From an uncultured Gammaproteobacteria bacterium (GTDB lineage Bacteria; Patescibacteriota; Patescibacteriia; UBA9934; CAMTUG01), in contig CAZPQJ010000006.1 in the NCBI GenBank assembly GCA_964588955.1, forward strand, positions 3,580-67,579: a DNA stretch of 64,000 nt. Direction: 5' to 3'. Numbering within the stretch: position 1 is the stretch's first letter; each line of letters starts with the position of its first letter. This document shows, piece by piece, positions 1-9,029 of this stretch. The translations under genes and the position numbers were made by a program. The notes under the pieces were generated by a model. That model did not search any database. It saw only the letters and a list, made by a program, of their open reading frames with translations, and was not told the DNA's origin.

Positions 1-1041
1 ATTAAACGCGATCGTCACATGCAAGACGTCTACAAGTTTCAAGGGGCGTTTTACGCTGAAGTCTTAGCTCGTGTGCAAGGAACCAAGCCGGTGCAAGGTT
101 ACGTGATGTCTCCCGACGGCACGGTGCAAGAGTATTTTTTAGATGAAGTGGAGAGTGATTTTCGTTGGACGCTGGAAGAAATAGAAAAGATTTTGGCTGG
201 ACAAAAGCCCCCGCATTTTTTGACCAGCGGTTGCAAGCAATCCCCATGGTTTTCTACCTGTCGGGGAGATAGCATGGAGTGCGATGACTTGTCGCTCATT
301 AATCGCATTTGGCGCAGCGAAGTGGAAGCGCTCAAGCACGGTGGCATTCAAACCGTGCACCAACTCTCCGTGGCCGATCCAGATTTACTAGCGGCCAAAA
401 TCCCAACGATTACCCGCGACCGTTTTCACCATTTGCGCATGCAAGCCACCGCGCTTGCCGAAGGGCGCACGATTGTATTGCAGTCCGTACCGTTTCCGCC
501 GGCGCAGGTGGAATTGTATTTCGATATTGAAAGTTCGCCAGTGCGTGATTTGGAGTTTTTGTTTGGCGTGTTGATGGTGGACCATGGCCGCGAAGAATAC
601 AAAGCCTTTGTCGCCAAGAAACCAGAGGAAGAAGAAACGGCCTTTCGCGCTTGGCTAACGTTTTTGGAAGATTATCCGGAAGCGCCGATCTATCATTTTG
701 GTTGGTATGAAATTGAAGTCATGAAGCGACTGGGGGAGAAGTATGGGGTGTTGGAGACCGTTGAACAGGTGATTAAGCGTCAAATGCACGATGTGTTGAT
801 CATGATTCGTGACGCTGTATTGTTCCCGCTACATTTTTACTCGCTAAAAGACATTGCCAAGCTTTTGGGATTTACTTGGCGCGGCAAAGAAGCTTCCGGC
901 GTCAACGCGGTTGTTTGGTATGAGCAGTATTTGAAAACTCGACGAAAAGCCAAATTACAGGATATTATAGATTATAACGAAGACGACTGCCGGGCGACCT
1001 ACGTGGTGAAAAAATGGGTCGCGGAAAAAGCAGGAGAATAA
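1..1041 (+). CDS. TM0106-family RecB-like nuclease with C-terminal RNase H-like domain (5'-truncated by window edge)
   Basis: Frame open from base 1; motifs LYFDIES, IYHFGWYE, YSLKDIAKLLGFTWR, IIDYNEDDC. Confidence 0.8.
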   Translation: MKRDRHMQDVYKFQGAFYAEVLARVQGTKPVQGYVMSPDGTVQEYFLDEVESDFRWTLEEIEKILAGQKPPHFLTSGCKQSPWFSTCRGDSMECDDLSLINRIWRSEVEALKHGGIQTVHQLSVADPDLLAAKIPTITRDRFHHLRMQATALAEGRTIVLQSVPFPPAQVELYFDIESSPVRDLEFLFGVLMVDHGREEYKAFVAKKPEEEETAFRAWLTFLEDYPEAPIYHFGWYEIEVMKRLGEKYGVLETVEQVIKRQMHDVLIMIRDAVLFPLHFYSLKDIAKLLGFTWRGKEASGVNAVVWYEQYLKTRRKAKLQDIIDYNEDDCRATYVVKKWVAEKAGE

Positions 1042-1050
1042 TATATTTCT

Positions 1051-2130
1051 ATGGCACAGAAGGTCTCAACAAGAAAAATCATCGGTGCGCTCATGGCCTT
1101 TGTGCCGATTCCGCTTATTGTTACGGTCTTGGCCGGATACGCCATCGGTCAGTTTATTCTTAAGGATGTGCTGCGGGAACAAAGTGGATTGCTGATGACT
1201 GGTTTAGTGAGCGGGCGTTTTTTGTTGGGAATCATGGGTATTGTGGCTTTGGTGGGAATTATTTGTATTCCTATCGGCATCTATTTGTTAGTGAAGCGCG
1301 ACTCGGGATTTTTGATTGCCTTGCGGCGCTCTTCCTTGTACACGCAAATGCCGGAAGAACAGCTCGCGTTTGTGACGGGTCCTTCGTTCGGTGCGTTTTT
1401 GAATCCGTTTGTTTGGGCGATGGGTAACCACTTGTATTGGTGGGCAATGGGGATGTTTATTCCATTTTGGGGAATGTATGTGTGGGTGCGCATGATTGTG
1501 GATGGACGACGGTTGTCGTATGAAAAAGGTTGGGATACGTTCACGCATTTTCAACAAAGTCAGAAAACTCTCTTGCAGGTGATCGGTATTATGCTGTTGA
1601 TACAGCTGGTTATTCCCGTGATCTTTTTTATGCTGAGCGCCATGATTCCCGCGCTTCTTTTGTCGGGATTCCGTTCTTCCGTCAGCTCAACAACGCGTCA
1701 GACATCGACAGAGTCGTCATCGCTGGTTACCAACAGCACGGGTCGATCTTGCATCTTCTCGAAAGATACGGATCATGATTTGCTTTCAGATTTCGATGAG
1801 AAGTTATCGTTTTACACCGATGAACAAAAGGCGGACACCGACGGTGACGGATTCGACGACTTTTCGGAGTTGTTGCGCGGATACGATGCGGGGAGTACCA
1901 ATGGAAAAGTCATGACAGACACAGACAGTGATGGCGTCACAGATGCGGTGGAGAAAAAGATCTTCAAAAGTGATTATAAGCTCGTCGATACCGATGGTGA
2001 TGGAATACCTGATGGCGATGAAGTCAAAAACGGCGTTAATCCGGCGGCAACAGGAGAAACACTCGATGTCTTAAAAGAAGCCCGCGTGGCCGAATATGCA
2101 ACCTATGAACAACAATGTGCGCAAAATTAG
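1051..2130 (+). CDS. Membrane protein with C-terminal DTDxDG calcium-binding (thrombospondin type-3-like) repeats
   Basis: Several hydrophobic helices, then DTDHD, DTDGDG, DTDSDG, DTDGDG repeats. Confidence 0.7.
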   Translation: MAQKVSTRKIIGALMAFVPIPLIVTVLAGYAIGQFILKDVLREQSGLLMTGLVSGRFLLGIMGIVALVGIICIPIGIYLLVKRDSGFLIALRRSSLYTQMPEEQLAFVTGPSFGAFLNPFVWAMGNHLYWWAMGMFIPFWGMYVWVRMIVDGRRLSYEKGWDTFTHFQQSQKTLLQVIGIMLLIQLVIPVIFFMLSAMIPALLLSGFRSSVSSTTRQTSTESSSLVTNSTGRSCIFSKDTDHDLLSDFDEKLSFYTDEQKADTDGDGFDDFSELLRGYDAGSTNGKVMTDTDSDGVTDAVEKKIFKSDYKLVDTDGDGIPDGDEVKNGVNPAATGETLDVLKEARVAEYATYEQQCAQN

Positions 2131-3007
2131 TTGGCGCCTTCTTTTCCCACTCGCCCTTTTGGTTTTGGCTGTCGGTGTTTACGCCAAGCGTGGAGCTATT
2201 GAGGACGCCATTGCCAATTGGCAAAAACCCGATGTTGCCGAGGTGGCTTTTTCTGACGTTGGTACGGCGACGATTGTGCCTTTGGATGATGCCGGCGGAG
2301 CCGTGCCGGTGGAGGTGGAAGATGAAGACACGCCTGCCGCGTCGGACGAGGTAGATGATGTCGTCACTCCAACAACGCCGACTGACACCGAGGATGTTCC
2401 ACCGACGAAACCGACCACTCCCGCGACCACCTCGCTTCCCGCGGAATTCAACTTAGCTGTGCCATTTACTTCTCAAGCCCCTAAGAGCAATTGGGATGAA
2501 GTGCACGAAGAAACGTGCGAAGAAGCAGCGGCATTGATGGCTGCCTATTACTATCAAGGCAAGCCGGCTGGACAAATCAATTCCGATGAAGCCGACGCGG
2601 TACTCTTGAAAATTGTCGATTTTGAAAATAGCTTTTTTGGATTTTACAAAGACACCACCGCCGCCCAAACGGCCAGTCTGTTAGAAGCCTACTTTCAGTT
2701 AAACGCGGAATTGATTGTTGATCCAACGATCGAACAGATCAAGTCCGCACTCGTTGCTGGTCACCCCGTTATTGTTCCGGCCGCCGGGCAACAACTCGGT
2801 AACCCAAATTTTACTGGCGCGGGGCCGATTTATCACAACATTATTCTTAAGGGATACACCACCAAAGGCTTTATCAGCAACGATCCCGGCACGCGCCTCG
2901 GCGCCGATTATTTCTACTCCTACGACGTGCTCATGAACGCCATCCATGATTGGAACGGCGGCGACGTTCCTAACGGTCAAAAAATCGTGATTGTTGTGAC
3001 TCCTTAA
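2105..3007 (+). CDS. Membrane-anchored peptidase C39-like protein
   Basis: N-terminal TM, Pro/Thr/Asp linker, VPFTSQAP..W...CEEA, H-x-I-I-L-K-G-Y, NDPG; start uncertain (2096 or 2105). Confidence 0.7.
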   Translation: MNNNVRKISWRLLFPLALLVLAVGVYAKRGAIEDAIANWQKPDVAEVAFSDVGTATIVPLDDAGGAVPVEVEDEDTPAASDEVDDVVTPTTPTDTEDVPPTKPTTPATTSLPAEFNLAVPFTSQAPKSNWDEVHEETCEEAAALMAAYYYQGKPAGQINSDEADAVLLKIVDFENSFFGFYKDTTAAQTASLLEAYFQLNAELIVDPTIEQIKSALVAGHPVIVPAAGQQLGNPNFTGAGPIYHNIILKGYTTKGFISNDPGTRLGADYFYSYDVLMNAIHDWNGGDVPNGQKIVIVVTP

Positions 3008-3010
3008 TCT

Positions 3011-3469
3011 ATGACAGAAATTGCTCTTGGCGCGGCTATCTCGGGAATCATTGGCTTCCTTTTGGCGCTCCCTTCGATTGTGTTGGAGCCCAGCCGTCGG
3101 TTGAAACAATTACCGATGCTGTTAAATGTTCGAATTTTGTGGAATTGGAAGTTGAATGACCGTGAGGTGTTTAGTGTTTCCTTATTGTTTCACTTGATCA
3201 TTTCTACGCTTGTCGGTGGATTCTATGTGTGGTTCGCTAACAACGGCTGGTTGGTGATTACCCACGCGCCGTTTACCTTTCGTTCCGTGGTGATTTTTAC
3301 GGTAGCAACATGGATCGTTACCGGGCTGTTGGTGTATCCATTGTTGGGAATGGGTTGGTTTGCCAAGCGCGAAGGTAAACACATGTGGTTTGAAACGTTA
3401 GTGACCCATTTGCTGATCGGTGTTGGTTTTTGGCTTGGGGTGCAGTATTATCACCCGTTCTTTTTTTAG
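3011..3469 (+). CDS. Hypothetical 4-TM membrane protein
   Basis: Hydrophobic ORF tightly packed between neighbours. Confidence 0.65.
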   Translation: MTEIALGAAISGIIGFLLALPSIVLEPSRRLKQLPMLLNVRILWNWKLNDREVFSVSLLFHLIISTLVGGFYVWFANNGWLVITHAPFTFRSVVIFTVATWIVTGLLVYPLLGMGWFAKREGKHMWFETLVTHLLIGVGFWLGVQYYHPFFF

Positions 3470-3472
3470 TGT

Positions 3473-4660
3473 ATGGACGCCGTTTTGAGCGTTACGGACT
3501 TTTTGAAGTTAGCCACCGAAGTGCTGCGCTTGAATATACAAAGTGGGGCGTTTGCTGTGGAGGGGGAGGTATCTGGCTATACGGTGAAAGATGGCAAGTG
3601 GATTATCTTTTCGTTGAAAGATGAGGCGGACGCGGCTTCGCGGTTGAAGTGTTTCGCTACCACCTTCAAGGTTTCTGGTTCTTTCGAGGATGGAATGAAA
3701 GTACGTGTTTGGGGATCACCAAGTGTGACCAAATGGAGCGAGTTGCAAATCAACGTCGAACGTATGGAGCCGGTGGGCGAAGGGGCGCTCAAGCGGGCGT
3801 ACGATTTGCTCAAAAGCAAACTTGAAGCGGAAGGATTATTTGACGCGGCGCGCAAGCGACCGATTCCTAAGTTTCCCGAACGGATTGGCTTGATTACTTC
3901 AAGCGATGCCGCCGCTTACGGAGACTTTTTGCGTATTTTGAATAATCGTTGGGGAGGAGTACGTGTCATCCACGCCGATGTGCGCGTCCAAGGTGCTTCG
4001 GCTGTTGAACAAATCCTCTCCGCCTTTTCGACCCTTTCCGCCCTTCCTATCGATCAACGTCCTGAAGTGATTGTCCTCACTCGCGGCGGTGGATCCCTGG
4101 AAGATTTGCACGCGTTTAACGACGAGCGGGTTGCGCGTGCTGTTTACGGTTCGACCATTCCCGTCGTTGTTGGTGTTGGTCACGAGCGGGACGAGTCGTT
4201 ATGTGATTTCGTCGCCGATGTGCGTGCCTCTACGCCGAGCAATGCCGCGGAGCGTGTGGTGCCCGATCGCCAGCAGATTTTGTATAGTTTGAAGATGATG
4301 GTGGAGCGACAGGGAGATACGTTGCATCGCGCCATCGACACGGGGCGCTCGGTGGTGCAAACCTACGATCGGGTGACGGGCTATTTTATGGATCGGCAGA
4401 AAACAAAAGTGGATGGCGTGGTTCAGCGTTTGCTCATGCAGTCTTCCAGTTGGATTGGGGGTATGGGCCAGCGCATCGATGGCTATGAACGTTTGTTGCG
4501 CAACCTAGATCCGACGCGCGTGCTGAGCCGTGGGTACTCGATTGTGACGTCTGGATCGAAGGTGGTGAAAGATGCGAGCAGCCTTGATCCGGGAGACGAC
4601 ATTACGGTACAATTCGCCCGTGGATCGGCTGAAGCGAGAGTTGAAAAGACGAAAAACTAA
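3473..4660 (+). CDS. xseA: Exodeoxyribonuclease VII large subunit
   Basis: VEGEVS OB fold, IGLITS, VQG, RGGGSLEDL..FNDE, VGHERD, ASTPS, VLSRGYSIV. Confidence 0.97.
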   Translation: MDAVLSVTDFLKLATEVLRLNIQSGAFAVEGEVSGYTVKDGKWIIFSLKDEADAASRLKCFATTFKVSGSFEDGMKVRVWGSPSVTKWSELQINVERMEPVGEGALKRAYDLLKSKLEAEGLFDAARKRPIPKFPERIGLITSSDAAAYGDFLRILNNRWGGVRVIHADVRVQGASAVEQILSAFSTLSALPIDQRPEVIVLTRGGGSLEDLHAFNDERVARAVYGSTIPVVVGVGHERDESLCDFVADVRASTPSNAAERVVPDRQQILYSLKMMVERQGDTLHRAIDTGRSVVQTYDRVTGYFMDRQKTKVDGVVQRLLMQSSSWIGGMGQRIDGYERLLRNLDPTRVLSRGYSIVTSGSKVVKDASSLDPGDDITVQFARGSAEARVEKTKN

Positions 4661-4772
4661 TCTTTTAAAAACTAAACAAATACGAATGTCTAAAATCTAA
4701 ATCGGTTTAAACCCTTTAGAATTTAGTCTTTCCGATTTTGTTTGGACCTTCGTTTTTGAGATTTTAGTGTTT
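4661..4772. repeat. Empty A-arm/T-arm heptamer hairpin element related to the four-helix-bundle gene flanks
   Basis: ctttagaatttagtctttcc (4714-4733) equals 28722-28741; gattttgtttggacctt (4734-4750) equals 28702-28718. Confidence 0.75.
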
Positions 4773-4780
4773 ATAACTAT

Positions 4781-4984
4781 ATGCCATCAAAAAAAGAGAT
4801 CAATTTTGCTAAAGCGTTTGAGGAGCTCGAAGCCATCACCGAATGGTTTGAGCGCGACGGAGCTGACCTCGACGAAGGACTTAAAAAATTTGAGCGCGGC
4901 TTAGAGCTCGCCAAACAGTGCAAAGAAAAGTTGTCTGAAGTAGAGAACAAAGTCGAAACGATTAAGAAAAAATTTGTCGAATAA
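4781..4984 (+). CDS. xseB: Exodeoxyribonuclease VII small subunit
   Basis: FAKAFEELEAI...LDEGLKKFERGLELAKQCKEKL; follows xseA. Confidence 0.95.
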   Translation: MPSKKEINFAKAFEELEAITEWFERDGADLDEGLKKFERGLELAKQCKEKLSEVENKVETIKKKFVE

Positions 4985-4985
4985 T

Positions 4986-5126
4986 ATGAAGGGCTATTCT
5001 AAAGCCGCGGCCCACAAAGGCAAAGTCGCTTATCGGACACCGTCGCGTATGCGACCGGTTACCATGAAGCCGATGAATAAGATCAAGATGTTCGATAATC
5101 AGAAGTTTGGTAAGTTGGATACATAA
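4986..5126 (+). CDS. Small basic 46-aa protein (not in ORF track)
   Basis: MKGYSKAAAHKGKVAYRTPSRMRPVTMKPMNKIKMFDNQKFGKLDT; fills the xseB-pyrH gap with TAAtATG junctions on both sides. Confidence 0.6.
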   Translation: MKGYSKAAAHKGKVAYRTPSRMRPVTMKPMNKIKMFDNQKFGKLDT

Positions 5127-5127
5127 T

Positions 5128-5814
5128 ATGGCGACGTTTTTGCTGTCTGTTGGAGGATCAACGATTGTACCGGGAGGGAAAGTGAATGTGGAATTCTTAA
5201 AAGGGTTGCGTAAGCTTGTGGTGGAACGAGTGAAACTCGGAGATAAGTTTGTCATTATTTGTGGTGGCGGAGGAACATGTCGGGAGTATCAAGGGGGATT
5301 GAAGGAAATCATTAAACCGACAGCCAATGATCTTGACTGGCTGGGTATTTATACGACACATTTGAACGCGCAACTCGTTCGTTTCGTGTTTGGAAAGCTT
5401 GCGCATCCGGAGCTTGTGAATGATTACAAGACGTTCAATCCGAAAACGTGGAAGGGTGCCGTTGTCGTTGGTGGGGGGTTGAAGCCGGGTGGATCGACGG
5501 ATACAAACACAACATTGTTTGCGAAAAAGACGGGCGCCAAAATGATTATCAACATTTCCAACGTCGATTATTTGTACACCAAAGATCCACGCAAATTTAA
5601 AAATGCCGAACGCATTGGTGAAATTAGCTGGAAGAATTATCGCAAGATGATGGGCGGCAAATGGACTCCGGGGATGAACACACCGTTTGATCCAATTGCT
5701 TCCAAGCTGGCGGATCAAGCCAACATCGATGTTCTCCTTGTCGGATCGGACATTAAAAATTTGAGCAACGTGTTTTCTGATAAGCCGTTTAAGGGAACGG
5801 TTATTCATCGCTAG
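5128..5814 (+). CDS. pyrH: UMP kinase, archaeal-type
   Basis: LSVGGS, ICGGGG..REY, DWLGIYTTHLNAQL, PGGSTD, NVDYLYTKDP, PFDPIA. Confidence 0.92.
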   Translation: MATFLLSVGGSTIVPGGKVNVEFLKGLRKLVVERVKLGDKFVIICGGGGTCREYQGGLKEIIKPTANDLDWLGIYTTHLNAQLVRFVFGKLAHPELVNDYKTFNPKTWKGAVVVGGGLKPGGSTDTNTTLFAKKTGAKMIINISNVDYLYTKDPRKFKNAERIGEISWKNYRKMMGGKWTPGMNTPFDPIASKLADQANIDVLLVGSDIKNLSNVFSDKPFKGTVIHR

Positions 5815-5817
5815 GCT

Positions 5818-6573
5818 ATGTCGTTCATTCGCCCTCTTTCTACGCTTGGTCAACAGGATGTCGACGCAGTCGGTGGAAAAGGGGCGTCGCTCGGAGAGAT
5901 GATCCAGGCGGGTATCCCAGTGCCGCCTGGATTTGTGATTGTGGTGTCTGCGCACGAACAAGGCATGACCGATGATGTTGCGCGAGAGATTCTTCAAGCC
6001 TTCAAAACGTTGGGTGCGGACAAGGTTGCGGTGCGGTCGTCGGCGACGGCAGAAGATGGTGCCTCTGCCAGTTGGGCAGGGGAGCTGGAAACATATCTTA
6101 ACACCACGGAAGAGACCCTCCTTGACCGCGTCAACATGTGTTGGGATTCGCTTACCTCACCTCGAGCCGTGGCCTATCGTCAAGAACACGGGCAGCAAGA
6201 GGTCGCTATCTCCGTTGCGGTGGTTGTACAAAAGATGGTCAAGGCAGATGTTGCTGGGGTGGCCTTTACGGTGCACCCTGTTACGCACAGCCCAAATCAA
6301 ATCATGATCGAAGCCTGTTTAGGGCTTGGCGATAAGCTTGTGGGTGGGGAAGTTACTCCGAATAGTTACCTGGTAGACAAAGCCACCAAAGAGATTATTG
6401 AATGCGTTGTCATGGACGATGTGGTAGAACAAACACTGGCGGACGATACGGTGCAAGAACTCGCCCGATGGTGTGAACGCATCGAGAAGCATTATGGGCA
6501 TCCCTGCGACATTGAGTGGGCGATGGAGGGAGGGAAGTTGTATTTTTTGCAGTGTCGACCAATCACCGCGTGA
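5818..6573 (+). CDS. Stand-alone PEP/pyruvate-binding (PPDK_N, ATP-grasp) domain protein
   Basis: VGGKGASLGEM, VAVRSSATAEDG..ASWAG, GLGDKLVGG, DIEWA...LYFLQCRPIT; ends before any phospho-His domain. Confidence 0.85.
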   Translation: MSFIRPLSTLGQQDVDAVGGKGASLGEMIQAGIPVPPGFVIVVSAHEQGMTDDVAREILQAFKTLGADKVAVRSSATAEDGASASWAGELETYLNTTEETLLDRVNMCWDSLTSPRAVAYRQEHGQQEVAISVAVVVQKMVKADVAGVAFTVHPVTHSPNQIMIEACLGLGDKLVGGEVTPNSYLVDKATKEIIECVVMDDVVEQTLADDTVQELARWCERIEKHYGHPCDIEWAMEGGKLYFLQCRPITA

Positions 6574-6585
6574 TCGTATATTGCC

Positions 6586-6685
6586 AACAGGCTACAGCGA
6601 GCTGACGAGTTCTCTTTTCGCACGCAGGCTTCTCGCCAATGTGTGCCGAGTACGAAAAGAGGGGGTCAGCGAGCCTCAGCCTGTT
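6586..6685. repeat. Long imperfect palindrome (REP-like rod)
   Basis: Nested arms aacaggct/agcctgtt, gctgac/gtcagc, ctcttttcg/cgaaaagag. Confidence 0.55.
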
Positions 6686-6700
6686 TATTTGATAAACGAA

Positions 6701-6724
6701 AAGCGGGGCGTTGCGGCCCCGCTT
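6701..6724 (-). terminator. Intrinsic terminator downstream of rplL
   Basis: aagcggggc-gttgcg-gccccgctt followed by a T-rich run on the minus strand. Confidence 0.7.
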
Positions 6725-6743
6725 ATCGGATTGAATGGTGAGA

Positions 6744-7151
6744 TTATTTCAAGGTCACCGAAGCGCCGGCAGCTTCAAGTTTTCCCTTAATGTCGTCAGC
6801 CTCAGCCTTCTTGGCTCCAGCTTTGACCACTTTCGGAGCGCCGTCAACCATGTCTTTGGCTTCCTTCAAGCCCAAGCCGGTGATTTCGCGCACCACTTTA
6901 ATCACGTTGATCTTTTGTTCGCCAGCAGAGGTGAGCTCGACGTCAAAGGAATCTTTGGCTTCTGCAGCGCCAGCATCGCCACCAGCGACCGGAGCGGCCA
7001 TCATCATGGCAGGAGCGGCAGCGGACACACCGAACTTGTCTTCAAGGATTTTGACGAGTTCCGCAAGATCCAAGACGCTCATTTTTTCGATTTCGGAGAC
7101 GAGGCTCTGGAACTTGGCCGGAACCTCCACGTTTTTCATTTCATCTGACAT
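6744..7151 (-). CDS. rplL: 50S ribosomal protein L7/L12
   Basis: [39 protein letters not shown]. Confidence 0.98.
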   Translation of the reverse strand: MSDEMKNVEVPAKFQSLVSEIEKMSVLDLAELVKILEDKFGVSAAAPAMMMAAPVAGGDAGAAEAKDSFDVELTSAGEQKINVIKVVREITGLGLKEAKDMVDGAPKVVKAGAKKAEADDIKGKLEAAGASVTLK

Positions 7152-7161
7152 AGGAGTTGTA

Positions 7162-7689
7162 TTAAACGGTTTTCTTATCTTTAACGGCGTTGAGTACGGT
7201 TACCAAGCCGCGGAGGTTGCCAGCAAGTACGTTGACAAAGCCAGAGACTGGCGCGTTGAGCGTACCCACGAGTTGTCCAAGCAATTGTTGCTTGCTCGGG
7301 AGTTTGGCAAGACTCTTGACCATGCTGGCATCAATGAATTTTCCTTCAAGGACACCGGCGCTGATCGACATTTTTTCACGGTCTTTCAGGAACTTGGCCA
7401 TGGTTTTGGCCGGAGTGACTTCGTCGCCGAAGCCGATCATGGTGAGAATCGATCCTTCGAGTTCGCGTGGCGCGAGGCCTTCGATGTTGGCCTCTTTGGC
7501 GGCGAGCTTGAGAAGAGTCTTCTTAGCCACGAACACTTTCATGTTCTCTTTTTTGGAGATGGCGCGCAGAGCGTTGGCATCGTCCATGGTGTAGCCGTTG
7601 ATCTGGGTAAAGACCGCGGACTTCATTCGTTTGAACATGTCGGTGACTTCGCTGACGACTTGTTCTTTTTGTTGGCGAGATTTTGCCAT
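7162..7689 (-). CDS. rplJ: 50S ribosomal protein L10
   Basis: [42 protein letters not shown]; start set at ATG 7689. Confidence 0.96.
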   Translation of the reverse strand: MAKSRQQKEQVVSEVTDMFKRMKSAVFTQINGYTMDDANALRAISKKENMKVFVAKKTLLKLAAKEANIEGLAPRELEGSILTMIGFGDEVTPAKTMAKFLKDREKMSISAGVLEGKFIDASMVKSLAKLPSKQQLLGQLVGTLNAPVSGFVNVLAGNLRGLVTVLNAVKDKKTV

Positions 7690-7696
7690 AGGTGAT

Positions 7697-7814
7697 ACCG
7701 CTGAAATTCCTTCATCTGCTGCGTTGCGGGGTCCCGCCACTTTGTCGACGTACATTTATGGTACGTCTCCAAAGCTGGCTTCCCCGCGCCTTGCAGCTGA
7801 AGTTTTTCAGCGGT
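7697..7814 (-). repeat. Rod-shaped palindromic element (MITE/REP-like) inside the rplJ 5' UTR; homologous core at 35025-35147
   Basis: Terminal arms accgctgaaa/tttcagcggt; core caaggcgcggg..ggagacgtac..gtacgt.ga..gggaccccgcaacgc. Confidence 0.7.
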
Positions 7815-7884
7815 CTCATTATGTTTCAGGTTAATCCTAGAAACAAAAATACGACCTTTAAAGCCGTGAGTTTCATCGAAAATC

Positions 7885-7960
7885 AAACCCGTAGGTCTGA
7901 AATTAAATGCCTCGACGGGACTTACTTGGCCTTTATCGGCCAAAACCCGTTGTCTACAGC
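7885..7960 (-). promoter_or_regulatory. Ribosomal protein L10 leader
   Basis: Minus strand ctgtagacaacggg-ttttggcc..ggccaag-taa-gtcccgtcgagg fits the AGACAGYAGG..UAA..CCURYCGAGG L10-leader pattern; lies upstream of rplJ. Confidence 0.75.
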
Positions 7961-7970
7961 TTGTGAGGGC

Positions 7971-7999
7971 AGTATAGGGGAAAGGCCGGATTTGGTCAA
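7971..7999 (-). promoter_or_regulatory. Sigma70-type promoter for rplJL
   Basis: TTGACC-17 bp-TATACT just upstream of the L10 leader. Confidence 0.7.
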
Positions 8000-8037
8000 G
8001 AATTGGCGGGTCGAGCAATGGGAGTGGCTTTATAAAG

Positions 8038-9027
8038 TTACTTTTTAAAAATGTGTTCGCGATGGTAGGCAAGATATTCTTTCCTTTTGTTGCTTGGCGG
8101 CAGGGTAAACTTTCTTCCGTTCACAAGACTTAACTTCTTGATATTGAGAGGGGAGATGTATGGTGAAATAGCTATGATTCCATCATCCTGAAATGTAATA
8201 AATCCTTGATCAAATAGACGATCATAGGTAGGAGTCAAAAGTAACCCGTTGTTAAAATCAACTTTCTCGACATCGCTTGAGACGCTCCATGGTTTGATAT
8301 GACTTGCAACTAGGACACGTTCATCATTTACTCTCGTGATGACGCACTCAGAAGATTCGTCGAGCAACTTACGCCGGTACGTACCTTGTCCGATGCGTGC
8401 CTTAACGAGTTGTTCTTTTTCTTGAGCCGGGAGCACTTTCTCTTCAATCTCTTTTTCAACCTCACGTTCTTTTGCTGGATGATAATACGTGTTAAACGCG
8501 TAACTCAAGAGAGGTCTGAATAGAAAGAAAATAGTGCCGTCGGCAGCTTTAAGTTTGACAATAGAAACAAATGAGATGATTGGCAGAGCAATACCTCTAA
8601 AGTAGTCAAAAATACGCTCCTCAGACTTTATATAAAAACGTGAGGTATCCTGAGGCACTGCCCGTTCAAAGCTAAAGACTTCTCTATCAAGCAAATTCTG
8701 TAATTCTTGATAATATCCATCCCATGAACTAGAGATATCTTGACGATACTTTTGTTCTTGTTGCTCGTATTCGAATTTAGCGTCGTCTAGGTAATCAACC
8801 AAATCTCTTTTAAGAAATATTCCTTTCCCACTAAAATCCCCAAAGAAATCCCCGAAATCTTTCTTTTGCTGAGCACCTACATATAGCTTCGCCTCACCAT
8901 GTCCAGTTGTCCCCTCAAGTTTGTTATTTTTGACAAATGAATCTGCAATCGGAATGTTATCTACTTCATCGAGTACCTCAAATCGTTGTCCATCGATTTC
9001 TAGGAAGGTTGTTTCTTGATCAGTCAT
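8038..9027 (-). CDS. HNH endonuclease, putative restriction enzyme
   Basis: ARIGQGTYR, C-VIT, LVASHIKPW, NGLLLTPTYDRLFDQGFITF, YLAYHR; AT-rich; coupled to the MTase. Confidence 0.85.
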   Translation of the reverse strand: MTDQETTFLEIDGQRFEVLDEVDNIPIADSFVKNNKLEGTTGHGEAKLYVGAQQKKDFGDFFGDFSGKGIFLKRDLVDYLDDAKFEYEQQEQKYRQDISSSWDGYYQELQNLLDREVFSFERAVPQDTSRFYIKSEERIFDYFRGIALPIISFVSIVKLKAADGTIFFLFRPLLSYAFNTYYHPAKEREVEKEIEEKVLPAQEKEQLVKARIGQGTYRRKLLDESSECVITRVNDERVLVASHIKPWSVSSDVEKVDFNNGLLLTPTYDRLFDQGFITFQDDGIIAISPYISPLNIKKLSLVNGRKFTLPPSNKRKEYLAYHREHIFKK

Positions 9028-9029
9028 AA

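Noticed and set aside
6790-7695. 301-aa plus-strand ORF
   Set aside because: Antisense to rplJ/rplL.
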